Source: Podarcis melisellensis (lineage: Eukaryota). From it: 64,000 bases of DNA. The notes under the pieces are model-generated. The model was not told the origin of the DNA. It made no database searches and saw only the letters and a list, made by a program, of their open reading frames with translations. This document shows, piece by piece, positions 39,118 to 52,926 of this stretch (position 1 is the stretch's first letter; every line of letters starts with the position of its first letter). Both the position numbers and the translations under genes were made by a program. Location of the stretch: assembly GCA_964234715.1 (NCBI GenBank), contig OZ174283.1; one strand, given 5' to 3'.

Positions 39118-40562
39118 ATGTATTTAAACAAATTTGACACTGTGTTTTCATTGGTTGATGAAGTAGTGGTTATCTTCCTTGGCCAAGACGTACCACTTAA
39201 TCAAAGTAGGACTGTAGACTTGAATACATCACTCATAATTGGAAAACTTTCCCTTTAATTGATCAGCATTTCAACATGGGTGTTATCAAGCTTTGCTTAA
39301 GTAGGAAGAAAATAATTCATTTGAAAAGCCTTTAATAGGTTTCTTTTACTAACCTATTAAGGCCACACACACAGTTACAAAAGATTCAAGAATATGTGAA
39401 CATAAATTACCATCAGAAGTAAATTGAGAGCATTTTAGAATGCACATTAAATGAAGTGAAATGATAACTTGTAATTGATGTGTTTGGAGTGAATATGCAC
39501 TGCTAATATATGCATTTAAATAGGGCCATGCTGGCATTAGGTTTTCTTCATAGTCCTACTTTAAATGTCTTTGCACTTTGACATTGTACCCCTTCTTTCT
39601 AGTATTTGTTCAAAAAGAGTAAGATAGGATAGAAGGATTTGGGATTTGTTCATGGAGAGAATTACATGTGCAGACAAAGCTTGATTTGATGTTTTCAGCA
39701 GTTAGAATTGCTGTATTAGAGACAAACCACTGTTTAAATTGAACCATAGCTGGTCATCCCAGCCAGTGAAAACAGCTCTGTGTGTGATATCCTTTCAGCT
39801 ATCATGGGGGAAAGTAGCTACAGTATTTCAGTGAAAATTCTAATACTTCTTAGTTTATGATCTTCCAATTATTCTCCCTTCTAACAAGTAGTAGTTTGAA
39901 TTTGCATATGCATAACTTAATTTTTTTAGATTGTGAATCTAATGGCACAACTAAAAGGATCCTATTTCTAAACCAGAGATGATGAACCTACAATTCCCAG
40001 CATCCCTTGGCAGCATGATCAGTAGTCATGAATGATGGGAATTGTAGTCCGGCAACATCTGGAGAACTACAGGTTATCCCCATCCCTGCTCTGAACCATC
40101 ATTCATTCATTTTATCGTCCATCATACAAAGATCACAGGCTGGTTTACAAAAATACATACCATAATAACAAACAAAAACAATACCACTCTCCCCACAGTT
40201 TAAAAGGTCATGGATTGTTTAATTAGCCAAAGACCTGGGAGAAGAGCAATGTTTTTGCCTTATGCCTAAAGATATGTAACGAAGGTGCCAGGTGAAACTC
40301 CCTGGGGAGAGCGTTCCACAAGAGGGGAGTCAACCCAGAAAAGGCCCATTCTTGTGTTGCAGCCCTCTGGACCTCCCAAGAGGAAGCAGATAAAGAAGGG
40401 ACTCAGATGATGATCGCAGGATCCGGGGTCTAGTGCTCCATGTTGTCATGGTGTATCAGTACTGTAATGAAAAATCAGTTTATTGTAGGCCTTCAGCTAT
40501 ATATGTGGACAAATAACTTATTGAAGAAATTGAAGCTTTTATTTTCTGCCTCCTCATCTTAG

Positions 40563-40778
<216 letters not shown>

Positions 40779-41351
40779 TAAGGATTTTGTATACTGTTGT
40801 AATTACAGCAATGGAATATGGATCAGAAAACTGGGAAAGAGTGGACAGAGAAGTCTCTTTAAATCCCTAATAGCAAATCCTTCAGAGGGAGAGCAGGGAG
40901 TGCTAGAAATCCGAGCATGAACACTTCTTTGAAGATATATTGAAACATTGTGTTGCCAGTCCCATTTGTCATTGTTGCATGGAACTTCCATTCTCAGTAT
41001 ACCAGCTGCTGGGGAGCAACTGTGGAATTGGGTTAATGTCCTCATGCACTGTTTTTGGGTTTTCTGGAGATTATTGATTTGACATAGAGGGAAGCAGGTT
41101 GTTAGATTAGATTGATAGTTTCTGATTCAGAGGGCGCTTACATTCCCTTTACCAGTGCAAGGATTGCTACCGCCCGAGGGCAATGTCTCATTGCAAATCC
41201 CATTTATTTTCTTCAAGGTGTAGTTGTGCAGAAAATGGGGAACATGGCCCAATAGAGAGGGCAGGTAATATATTTTTTCTCTACTAGAAGAAGTATTTGG
41301 TATTGCACTATGTTCAATACATCAGACTTCACTGAATTTTCTCCTAGATGA

Positions 41352-41573
<222 letters not shown>

Positions 41574-42044
41574 TGATATTACGCTTTTCTTTAAAATTTG
41601 TCTTTGATACTTTCTGGCAGTGATGTGGTTAGTTTGGATACAAGAGAGCCATATCCACAGCTCTCACTGATGCATCGTAACCTGTAGGTGTTTGGTATCA
41701 CGGGTTTAGGATGAGAATAAATTAAAAGGAATCTAAATATTTTGGACACTAAAGTTCTATAGCCTTTTTTAAAAAGGCGGACTTGAGAAGAATACACATG
41801 GTATATATTTAATACAATTATTGTTGGAGACATTGTTTACTGTCCATTACCTGGAGTTAAGTGAACTGTAATTCATAACAACTGAAGAAACAATGTACCT
41901 TGTGCTTTGCTTCACCATCATGAGGGTATCTGGGAGGGTTCTGGACCTTCAGCATGGGAGTCTGGCATAGCATTATAGGGAGTCTGAATGGTGGGAAAGC
42001 AGAATATAAATCTATTAAATGAATCAATGCATTCCTTTGTTTAG

Positions 42045-42158
42045 GAAAACATCCTTGAGAGAATTCACTATCACATAGTGCCAAGCAGTGAAACAGATAT
42101 GTGTACTTCTAAATCCTGCATTTCCCATCAGAAGTTTGCTATGACATTATATGAACAG
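42045..42158 (+). CDS. USP53: USP53 coding exon 4
   Basis: [38 protein letters not shown]; tttag| ... |gtaaga; 114 nt. Confidence 0.96.
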
Positions 42159-42239
42159 GTAAGATTTGTGTTTGTTGGTGAATTTAGTGCTCTTAAAGTT
42201 TCCAAAGTTACAAAAATTAAAACTTTTTTTTATTTGTAG

Positions 42240-42322
42240 TGTGTATGTCGCAGTTGTGGGGCATCTTCAGATCCTTTGCCTTTCACAGAATTTGTGCGTT
42301 ACATTTCAACAACAGCTCTATG
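42240..42322 (+). CDS. USP53: USP53 coding exon 5 (follows an 81-nt intron)
   Basis: CVCRSCGASSDPLPFTEFVRYISTTAL(C); ttgtag| ... |gtaaga; 83 nt. Confidence 0.96.
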
Positions 42323-43745
42323 GTAAGAGACCTTGCTTTCTCCTTTATTCTTCCCCAGACCTCCTTCATTTTGTTCTTTTTATTTCCAGATTCTCATAGT
42401 ATGAGAACTGGGAATCACTGGTTTATTTATTTATTTGAAATATCCTAATACATCATAACACAATAAAACAGAGAAACAAGAGAGATGACTGTTCTGCAAG
42501 AGTTAAGGATTCAATGACATTTGAGGAACCAGTGGAATTGGGTCATGCTTGAAAATACGCACATTCAACATACCTTACATCTACCCTTCCTCTGCGGTAA
42601 CATTTCACACCATCTATCTGATTCTGGTTCTTTCTAATAAAACATAGTTATTAACCTAGTTTGGACATAGCAACAGATTATAAGTTTAAATCAGGTAGCA
42701 GATGCTTTTGATCTCCTCCTTCTGGCACTTGCTAGATAAGGAGAGGGGAAGCTGCATGCTTGAGCACCAGACTTCTGCAGGGAAGTTCATGTAGCCCTAA
42801 ACTATGGCTCAGTGTTCTGTAGGAGCCAGGCCATTGAATCAGCTCTTGTCTTTCACCCTCAAGAGCAGGACATCAATTTGGACTGATAGGAATTGAATCC
42901 CACTGGGACGACAGGAAGCAAGATTGGAATTGACTTATGTTCCATGGCAGGAGCTACTTAAAGACACGACTGTTTCTGGCCTCTGATGAGGGAACACTAG
43001 GGACAGTTTATTTGCCTTTCTCACACCTTTCTCACCCAGTCTCACACCTTGCTGAGTTAAGCAGGGTCGGGAGGTGAGTGCCGTGGACGGTTTGAGCAGG
43101 CAACAAAGGAAGCCTCTCTCTTGGGACCAAATGTTCAATTTCAGTCCTGGGTCTTGCCCTACCAGGTAGAGTAACTTCCAGTCAGTTTAGGCTGTAGTTC
43201 TGCTTCTAGGTAGAATGCAGGCAAGAAGCTATCAAAATACTTTTAACCAGGGGAATATTACAAAACATATGATTATGGCATTATTATAAGACTTTATCCA
43301 TACACTTCATCACATTTATGAGTATTTAGACTATATGTCATAAATGGCCCCTTCCAGAAATAAAATGGCTGGTTTACAGTGATGTATACCAATACTGAAT
43401 GCATAACATACAGATTTAAACTATTTATTAATGTGTCCATAACCTGCAGGGTATTTGAGTTGCCTTACTCTGGTATTACTCTGGAATGCATTTCTCAAAT
43501 ATTATTGATTTTTGAAATCCTTCAAAAGAAATTAGGGTGCAAAATAGTAATGGTTATATAATTCCCTTATTCCTTTTCATACATAGTACCTCTGTCTGAT
43601 TCTTCATTCTCTGCATAGATTAAGATTTTAGAGTTCTAAAACACCCATATTTGTTGTATAGTACATGGGCCAAATAGCGGAAAATAGCTGTTTGCTACTA
43701 TAGTATTATATGCTAAGTTTAAAATTTACTACTACTTCTCTGCAG

Positions 43746-43851
43746 CAATGAAGTTGATAGAATGTTGGAAAGACATGAGCGGCTCAAGCCTGAAATGTTT
43801 GCAGAACTGCTTCAGACTGCAAATACTACTGATGACTTCAGGAGCTGTCCT
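43746..43851 (+). CDS. USP53: USP53 coding exon 6
   Basis: [35 protein letters not shown]; ctgcag| ... |gtgagt; 106 nt. Confidence 0.95.
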
Positions 43852-44937
43852 GTGAGTAAACAAAAAATGTTTCTGTTTGGGCTAACTTCAACTTCATAAA
43901 AGTGATGAAGCTGAACATTCCATAACTGAAAAGGGAATTTGGTCTGTTTCTTTCTCATTGATTTATCTTTAATTTAGACTAATATTGTAAAACTGCCTTG
44001 GATTACCACATTCTGAAGCCTTCTTTAGATGTTAAAAAACATGTACTGATAATCCCATGAAGGAGGAGAATGGGAACGCACACATTTGCCCTCCACTTGT
44101 GCAGATTCTTCCCAAAGGTTCTCTTTGGGTTGGGGGCATGTCTGCAGCAGCTCACTGTACCAAACACACATAGCCTGCTTGGAGTTCCAGCTCACAGGGA
44201 CACCCCACATGCATTCAGTAGGCCACTCTGCTGCACACATGCTCTTAATCCACAGACAGTTTTTGAGATTGGTCACCATGAGCACATACTGCCATGCTCT
44301 TCTCTTTCATGGGGTTACTGCCATGTGTCTATGAATACCTAAAGAAGGCTTGAGTGTAGAAGGCAAGTAGGGCATGGACAAGGTCCTCAGGAAGATAGAA
44401 AACTGCCTCTTGGATGTGTGAATGAGGACCACTGCTTATTTTCCTCTGGCTCTCAAATGAAGCAAGTCGCTTTGGGCATCTATTTTTTAAAATTGGTGTA
44501 CCTTATTGGGTTCTATATATGGGGCAGGACAGTGTGCTTATTGTTTAGAGTGCATACAGTTGTGCACACGGCTAAATTAATATATATTCATAAAATTTAT
44601 TACTCTGCATACACTCAAACTTAGAAGTATAGGAATGGTCCTTTCAGATCATTTGACCTGAAAATAACTGTTGTGATTTAGACCTTTCAGATGTAAATTA
44701 TGTGGTAGTAAAGGGCTTAAGAAGTCAGAGTAAAATATAATGCTTTATAAAACACAGTGGTGTAGCCTGTCCCTTAAGTGGCATGACTTACTAAACAAAA
44801 ATAATATTTTGCCTTCAATTACTTCCCTCCTCATTCTGTCAGTATCTGGATGTGTTGCAGAAATATCCAAGTCTGTCAAAGAGCAGTGATCTGAGGACTA
44901 AATAACAGTAATCTATCTCTCTGTCTTCTGAAATCTA

Positions 44938-45003
44938 TTGTAGAAAGTAGTAGTAAGAAACTCAGCTGAATTGTAGAAAGTAGTAGTAAGAAACTCAGCT
45001 GAA
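44938..45003. repeat. Perfect 33-bp tandem duplication
   Basis: TTGTAGAAAGTAGTAGTAAGAAACTCAGCTGAA x2. Confidence 0.95.
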
Positions 45004-45182
45004 TAGGGCATAATTATGATTAGTTTGGTGTTTATTTTAGATCTAAATAATAAGTTGCTAAAGTAACATGCTGTTAAGTAATTGTGAGACATATATTGTA
45101 ACATTTATTCTGAATTCAATGAGAAATAGATAAACCCTGAGGATTTAAACTAATTAGTTTTTATCTTTTCTCCTTTTTCTAG

Positions 45183-45353
<171 letters not shown>

Positions 45354-45449
45354 TAATTGTTTTGGGTCATCCTCACCATTTAAAAACTTCTGTGTTCTTT
45401 TGAGAGCTTTGTGTGCCAAAGAGGTGCTCATTCATTCCTGTCTCATAGT

Positions 45450-45530
45450 GCCATCCTATGCATATCTACTCAGAAGCCCCACTGAGTTCAGTGAGACTTT
45501 ATCTTAGGTAAATGTGCATAGGATTGCAAG
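45450..45530. repeat. Short (about 80 bp) palindromic interspersed repeat; degenerate copies at about 3060, 3680, 11425, 16515, 23010, 24480
   Basis: ATCCTATGCA...TACTCAGAAG...CTGAGTTCA...TGCATAGGAT pattern recurring across the window. Confidence 0.6.
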
Positions 45531-46969
45531 ATGAAAGGAGGAAAAGTCTCTTTTAAAAAATACCTTAATATTTGAAATGTCTTCTTTTCAGTTACCATAA
45601 AATGCTTCAGTACAGCTACAGAATTTACGTTGCTTTAAACTATTTTAGAGTTTCCACCCACTATTCTATTACAATTTTTAAAAACATTTATTTTGAAAAA
45701 TTCATTGGTGGTGGTTAGTAAGGTATCCAGGTGGCATGCAGTAAAATAAATGTATGAAATCCTGTAAAATAAAGCTGCAGAAACAGCAATTATAAGGGTT
45801 CTATAAATCCAGCAGAACAATCAAAACTTTAATCAGGACTAGCTTACATTACACTATGACATGGCCAGGCATATAAAAAAGGTTGTATGCAACTAACTTT
45901 TACTCAGAGTAGAGAAAACTTAACTTAGATCCATTAATTTTGGTGGGTCTACTCTGAATAATAGTTAGCTGAATGTAGCACAAGATGTTTGCTTAGTGTC
46001 AAAATAACATCATAGTTGACTCTTGGTAAGCCTGTCCGGGGAGGGTATTTCACAGATAGTGTGTTTAACAGTGGTACCTGATCTCCTTGGTCACCAACTA
46101 ACAAAAGATAAAGCAAATAATAATGTTTAATTTCATCAGGGAACAAGCTTACTTAAAAGCCCTGGAAAATAATGTGCTCACCTGGCACCGAAAGGAAGTG
46201 CCAAGTGGATTCCACAATTAGGGCATTGGCCGATTAATTGTCAATAGACTTAAAATATTTTGATTAATAAGGCACTCCAAATTAAATGGACAGCATATCT
46301 TTGTTAAGTCCCTAATACTTTTCATTACATGTAATGCTACATCTATTTGTAAATTTTGTGTTGTATTGACAATATTGTATGGTGTGGACAAACAGTCATT
46401 TCTGTTGACAAAGATGCCACCTTACAAGATGGTGCATGCTTATTTATAGATGTGTGCAAGTAAACAAGTTTTTAAAATTTAAGGTATTTATACCTCTACA
46501 AAACAAACCAAAATTTTAGTGCAGTGGGTTATAGTATAGCTAAACTAGTATAAATAACTTTTTAAAAACAGTAACAATTCAATAAAAAAACCCAACAATT
46601 CTTAATCTTTTTCAGTTCTCTGACTAAAGATTGCAGGACACAAACAAATTTTAGAGCAGTTTAAGGAGATGGGAAATCCTGATTCAGAGCAAAAAATTTT
46701 ACTGAATCATTTTTGAGATTCTGTTGTGGTCCAGTCATGCTGTAATTAGGAACATGTCATCAATAGCAACTACATACACAGTTATGTGTAGTAAATTACA
46801 GTGCTGGGAAAGGTGACTATCATATAATGACCAATTATTGACATCAATGATTTTGTCTACAGTTTGTTTTTATACTGTTTTTATATATATCCAATTTTTC
46901 AGCTTTGTTACATAGTTTTCATGCTTTTTAGCTCTGCCACACTTTTTGACTGATGAATCATCTTTGCAG

Positions 46970-47119
46970 CTGTTCTATAGAGTTACAGATGAAAATGCCA
47001 AAAATAGTGAGCTTTATCTCGTGGGGATGATTTGCTACGCAAGCAAACATTATTGTGCCTTTGCCTTTCATACCAAGAGTTGCAAATGGGTGCTGTTTGA
47101 TGATGCTAATGTGAAAGAG
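46970..47119 (+). CDS. USP53: USP53 coding exon 8 (His/Asp box)
   Basis: [50 protein letters not shown]; ttgcag| ... |gtacgt; 150 nt. Confidence 0.97.
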
Positions 47120-47487
47120 GTACGTTTAGCTGTTCTGATTTGGTGATCTTTCTACATAACTGCCTAGATATGTTCAAAAGTAAAATGCAATACTTATATG
47201 TAGTTCTGACAGCCTTGATGTCAAACAAATTACATGAATTCTTCTAAAGCACACATACTTTCTGACAAGGTGGCACTTAAATGAAAGGAAATTTGTTTTT
47301 ACTGTTAGAAAAGAGATCAAACACTGACATGAAAGTAGCTCTTTTCTCTTAAGAAGTCACAATAATCTCTCTGAGAAGTTAAGAGTCAGTTGAATATAGA
47401 TTATATCTATTTTATCATCATTGAATTATAACTATTACTTAACTAAATTAAATTACTTATATATCTCATGAAAACATAACTTTTTAG

Positions 47488-47659
47488 GTTGGAACAAAAT
47501 GGAAAGATGTGGTGTCCAAATGCATTCGGTGTCACTATCAGCCATTGCTGCTGTTTTATGCAAATCCAGATGGTACACCTGTATCAACAGAAGATGCACC
47601 AAGGCAGACAATTCACTGGTCTCATTATAAAGCCTGTGCAGGAAATGGAGAAGAACTTG
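47488..47659 (+). CDS. USP53: USP53 coding exon 9
   Basis: [40 protein letters not shown]...GEEL(G); ttttag| ... |gtaata; 172 nt. Confidence 0.95.
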
Positions 47660-48770
47660 GTAATACACTTGGCTCTTCCTTCATATTATTAAAAAATAAT
47701 TTACTAAGTGCTTAACTGTATACAGTCTACATATACATGATCTATTGGTGTGTCCTGAGTTAGTAGCTGGAAAGAAGGAAGCAGCCAGTCCTCTACTCTA
47801 GCCTTGGGTAGTATTAACTAGCCATTGTATATGCTGAGCTTCCCATTCCTAATGATCTACGTTTAATGTCAGTTGCTGTGCAGTGAAACTGACTACTTGA
47901 TGGTTCTCATGATACAATCTGAGAGTGGGAAACATGATGGAAATTAGTATCCCTGTGGTGAAAGTAGTTAGATAAGTTCTTAATGTGTCAGGGAAGCTGG
48001 GGGCGGTGGGTGTGGAGGAGATTGAAGGGTCTGGGTACTATTAATATTTCAGCTGAGGCAATATAATGGACCTACCTCCCATATTAAGGAGGAATGGGCT
48101 TAGAACAGTTGCAGTGTTTCTGTTGGAGTAAGGTAGCATAGGAAGGAGGTCCTTTGGAAATATAGTTTGAAATATTAAGTATTTTAGTTTTTCAATGTGG
48201 GGAGTTAAATTAGTATTGTAGGGTTTTTTGATTTTCTACATTCAGCATCTAGCTATAGAATTGTTTGAATGTTATCACATTTATGCTGACATTTTTTTCC
48301 ACTGTACTACATGGACTTCAAACAAGTCTGGTAAGAAAAGGGCTTAACTACCAGTCACATTAATGACATATTTCAACAAACTGCCATTTAATTTGACTGC
48401 TTTTCATTTGAAGAGAAAGCAGGTGCATGGTGTGATCCAGAAAATACCTCCAAATCAGACCAAGGAATCATTCTGCCTGAGGGGTGGGCATTGCTGAAAA
48501 TAGTTCCCTCATGGGAACAATTTCTGACTGAAAGTGTTGCTTACCGTAAACAGCATTGTCAGGAGCAAATAGCATCAGGTAGAAGGTGATTTTCAGCAGA
48601 AAACCTGTGTGGTACTCCAGTGAGAAAAGGCAGTCAGGTTTACATATGCTCACTTAAACACATGCTTGATGACACATACAGAGCTTAGGCCTTAATTCTA
48701 GTGCTAGAGATGATTGTTCAGGTTTTTTAGCCTCAAATATATTAACATAGTTTAACATTCCTTTCCCTAG

Positions 48771-48920
48771 GATTTGAAAAGTCTACTTTTTCTAAGTCAG
48801 ATCGTCCAAAAGAGAATGGGTTTGGAGAATCAGTTACTCAGAAGAGCACTAAAAAATATCAGCCAGATGACTCAACTTTTAGTCGAAACCATGTTCAGTC
48901 TGGTGGTGTCAGAGGATCAG
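48771..48920 (+). CDS. USP53: USP53 coding exon 10
   Basis: Open phase-1/phase-1 frame FEKSTFSKSDRPKENGFG...SRNHVQSGGVRGS; ccctag| ... |gtatta; 150 nt. Confidence 0.88.
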
Positions 48921-49315
48921 GTATTATCTTAAACATTATAGTAATGCTTACTTACAGTGTTTATTATGCACTGGTATTGTTGAATTGAATGTGTAATAGT
49001 TTTAGTGGGTAGCACATTTGAACTGAACAGTAATGTAACATTACATTATTTCAGATATATCATTTTGGCTGTTTTGAAATTTCTGACCATTAGGGTCTCC
49101 CTGTAGAATGTTTTGGTTTACATATATGCAGCATCTGCAGCTATTTATACTTCTAGTGCTTGGCTGGTCTGCTGGTAGCATGCTGAAATCTGCCATATTG
49201 GTCTGGTGGCTCTGAGATAGATGGTTTTGTCTGATGGCAGGGGGTGGACTATTTGGCCTTTTGGTTGTTTCTATGACTGTGAACCTTTAATGCATATTCA
49301 TTTCTATTTTTTCAG

Positions 49316-49462
49316 CTAAATTAGGGCATAATGAACATAGGGAAAAGGCAAAGGATCTTTCCAGAGAGTGCGCTCAGAAGGTAGCTGAGATGAAAAGCTT
49401 CTCATCCTCCCTACGAAAAGACACTGACAGAGGATCAAAGAGAGAATCTGGAAAACAGAGAG
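49316..49462 (+). CDS. USP53: USP53 coding exon 11
   Basis: KLGHNEHREKAKDLSRECAQKVAEMK...KQR; tttcag| ... |gtaaca; 147 nt; frame preserved. Confidence 0.88.
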
Positions 49463-49674
49463 GTAACAGAACCTACTTCGAGAAGAGCACTTCCAATAAC
49501 TAACTTTCACCTACTATGATTAAAGAACCCCCTGTCTTAAAAGTGCTATTTATTATTTTTTCTGAAATTTGATTGTATTAACAAGAATAATAAATTGCCC
49601 TTAAAGCTTAAAAGAGGTTGCTTTAATGCAATAGAATATTTAAAATGTGATGTTGTGGTGTTTCCCCCCCATAG

Positions 49675-50401
49675 ATCTATCTGGAGAGGTCCGCAACAAT
49701 TTTAAGCCAGGATCGCCACCTTCTGGGAATGGATTTAAGCAGCATTCTAATGAACGTGTGTATGGCAGTCAGGGAAAAGGACCTTACAGACATGAAAAAG
49801 TACATAACCAAATCAGACCCACTGCACAAGTGTTGGGCTCAAACAAAACAGATGGCTTTTCTGATGGAGAGAAGATGAGCCGTGTAAAAACTGATAGCAC
49901 CACTGGTTACGATACAGACAGTAGCCAAGACTCCAAAGACAAGGGAAGCATCAGTAGCAGCAAAAGTCGAAGCAGAGGTTGGAAGCCAATGAGAGAGACA
50001 CTAAATGTGGATAGCATCTTTAGTGAATCTGAGAAAAAAGAACACAGTTCAAAGCCCAAATTAAATGCAAGCAATAAACCTAAACATGAAAAGGAGCAGA
50101 GTTCAAACAACTGGCCGAAAGAAACTCGAAGTCAAAAAGGCTTGATGACTATCTATGAAGATGAAGCAAAACAGAAAGGGAGCCGGAGTTCGTTGGATTC
50201 AGAAGGGAAAGGAAATGCAGAAAAAAGTGTAGGATTTACAGAGAGGAAAACTCATACTGATAGTTGGCAGATACAAAGGACTGAATCTGGTTATGAAAGC
50301 AGTGATCATATAAGCAATGCATCTGCTAATCTGGATTCACCTGTCATTGAAGGAACCAGCCCAGTAGATACTACCACAGTTAAGGAATCTGTTTCCTGCA
50401 G
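49675..50401 (+). CDS. USP53: USP53 large coding exon 12
   Basis: Lies within ORF 49647-50405. Contains [36 protein letters not shown] and [10 protein letters not shown]; ccatag| ... |gtaata; 727 nt. Confidence 0.94.
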
Positions 50402-51197
50402 GTAATAAACATGAAAATTGTCTTGTGAAAGTATGTGTAATTAGGAGTGGGGATCCAGTTTGGATGAAGCCTGAATCCATAACCAAAGCAGACTGCTTTG
50501 GAGTGATTTGGACATTGTCTGAGGCAAAACAGAGCTTCTCTGAAGCAACTCAAAACTTTGGACTGCTACTCAAACCTTGGGTCTGCCTTTAAGATTTGCA
50601 GGCTGGAAAGGGAATTTAGTGTTTGAGTACAGTTTCATTAAGCTGCTACTCAGCACAGATATTGTTATCTACATTTGTGAGAATGAGAACTCATCTGTCC
50701 TTACTGCATTGTATTTGCAATAATTCATATTTGACATTGATTGAGCTACTTGTGCTGGCAAATACTTGAAAGATGCACAAGCAAAAATAGATTTATTTTT
50801 CCATTAAAGCTGAGGCAGAATATGGCAGAAGGGTATGTATGCAGAATAAGAAGTCTGTGACCTTGTAAAGTTCTCTGCTTGTATTTTCCAATATACCTTC
50901 TGCTTGGTCAGGCACATTATAATGGTGCTTCTGCATTGGCTGTGCATATACTATTGAAAGGTGGACAAATAGTGTGACAAAATATAATCTCTTGCAAGAT
51001 TGGAAGGTGGGAGAGAGGGAGAAATTTGGATTAAAAGATATTTCCAAATAAGTTGTCTTGTACAGTGGAGTTCCATTTTGAATTTTGAACTTCTGATGTT
51101 GTAAATATCAGTAAATATTTCTGTGAAATATTGTTTGATACTTTAGGTTTAATGAAATCTTGGCAGAATCTGAATCTTACTTAATCTTTTTTCACAG

Positions 51198-51268
51198 TGA
51201 CCAGTTAATCAGATATTCTGGGTGTATCTTGCAGTCTACCTCCCAGCTGAACAAAAACTCTTCAGATG
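51198..51268 (+). CDS. USP53: USP53 coding exon 13
   Basis: ttttttcacag| (S)DQLIRYSGCILQSTSQLNKNSSD |gtaaga; 71 nt, phase 2 to 1. Supported by splice signals and frame, not by a recognisable motif. Confidence 0.78.
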
Positions 51269-52844
51269 GTAAGAACTCAGTTGTTCTCAGTTTAAGTGTA
51301 TTCAACTCTTAAAGGTTTCTAAGTTTATAAAACAAATTTATCTAACACTAAAAATTAAGTTTCTATCTCATCACATTGTGCTTTGTTGCTCCCTAATTTC
51401 TTATATCACTGTCCACCTTAGTCATTTGTACTGTATTCTGAACTGTTTTCTGAAAAGAGAGCTCACTACTTTGATGGAGAGGCAGCTTATTTGACCCAGT
51501 CCAAGAAAGCTTTAAAAGTGTTCCTGCTATGTAACAATTCTCCAAATAAGTTCTATAATTACAAAAGTCAGAATTCCTTCTATTACTGTTAAACTATTTG
51601 TGCTTCATTGATAATAGTGAAACCTCTGCTATGTGAGCCTATCTGCCATATTTAGTTTGACTAGAACCTAGAGCCAAAATTCCTACCGGACTGTCTCTGG
51701 TTTTAACCATGCATGGATCTTCATGTCAGCAGAAGAGAAAAATAACACATCTATTTTTAAATTAGCTGGAATTCTGAAGGCACAAGCCTCTGGGTGTCAG
51801 CGAGCAGCTTTGATTGAACACTTGCCATAGTAATATTATATAGGAGTCCTCTCTTGTAAGCATTTGCTGCCATCTTACGTACAGTACAGGCAACTGCATG
51901 GTAACAAAGAGCAACCTAGTAAAGTAACTCTGAAACTTCAAAAGATTTTTCATGGACAACTTAACCATTTATGTTTGTAGCGAATTTGTCAGCAGTGCAT
52001 TATTGGAAACTTAAACATATTCACCTGGAAATCTGTGTAGAAAATGTTTTCAAAACATTATGTTTCAGGATGACTTAATTGTATTTGGCACCTTAATAAT
52101 TTGTTCAGGTGTATCTATCTTTATGCATTATGCATTATGCGTGACTACCCAAAAAAACAGGTAACATGCCTCTCTCTGTTAACTTACTTGTGAACACATC
52201 AAATCTTAAAATAAGGTTGTCAGTATGGCTTCTATATTCTATTGGTAAGTTTTATATCTTGTAAATTCCTAAGTGTATGCAGATTTATTTATAAAAGTAT
52301 TTGTATCTCACACCTTCAAACCAAACCTTGTCCTGAGGGTAGCTAATGCTCAAAATAAGAACAACGGTTAAAAAGCAGAAAAAAGCAAATGATCAGCAAG
52401 AAAATTATGTACTTCTATAAAACATATATTCAAATCATGTTGTGTTGGCCTGCTGCCTGAAAGTATACAGTGCACCGATATCCAAGGCAGATGTCCAGTT
52501 ACAGATGATAGAATTTTTATGCATTGATGGCAACTGCAAGCTCCTGCTTTAATATCTCCAGCTGAAATATTAGACTGCCGTCCTTTTCAGGCATTATGGT
52601 AGAAGGGGGGCATTAAGGTATTACATTTGGCTGATTCTCCTTGTACTTAAAAAGAATCCTAGGCATACCTCATGCTTTATTTACATTTACCATGGGATTT
52701 CAAGTGGGATTTTTTTATTTTAGAAAGCAAATGTTAAGTTCACAAGATTTTTTGCTCATTACTGGTATTGCTGATATTTCCTGTGCATATTTTTAAAAAA
52801 TACATCATAATGTGCTTAAGGTAAACAACAACACTGTTTTGCAG

Positions 52845-52926
52845 CCTTGAAGAAAGACCAGGTTAATACTCATATGAACTATAGATCTCATAACCTACCT
52901 TCAACATCTCATCTGCATATGCAAAG
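52845..52926 (+). CDS. USP53: USP53 coding exon 14
   Basis: ttttgcag| LKKDQVNTHMNYRSHNLPSTSHLHMQ(R) |gtaacc; 82 nt, phase 1 to 2, which restores the frame into the last exon. Confidence 0.75.

Noticed and set aside
42983-43056. Possible intronic C/D-box snoRNA (TGATGA ... CTGA)
   Set aside because: No proper terminal stem, no recognisable rRNA or snRNA antisense element, and atypical position in the intron.
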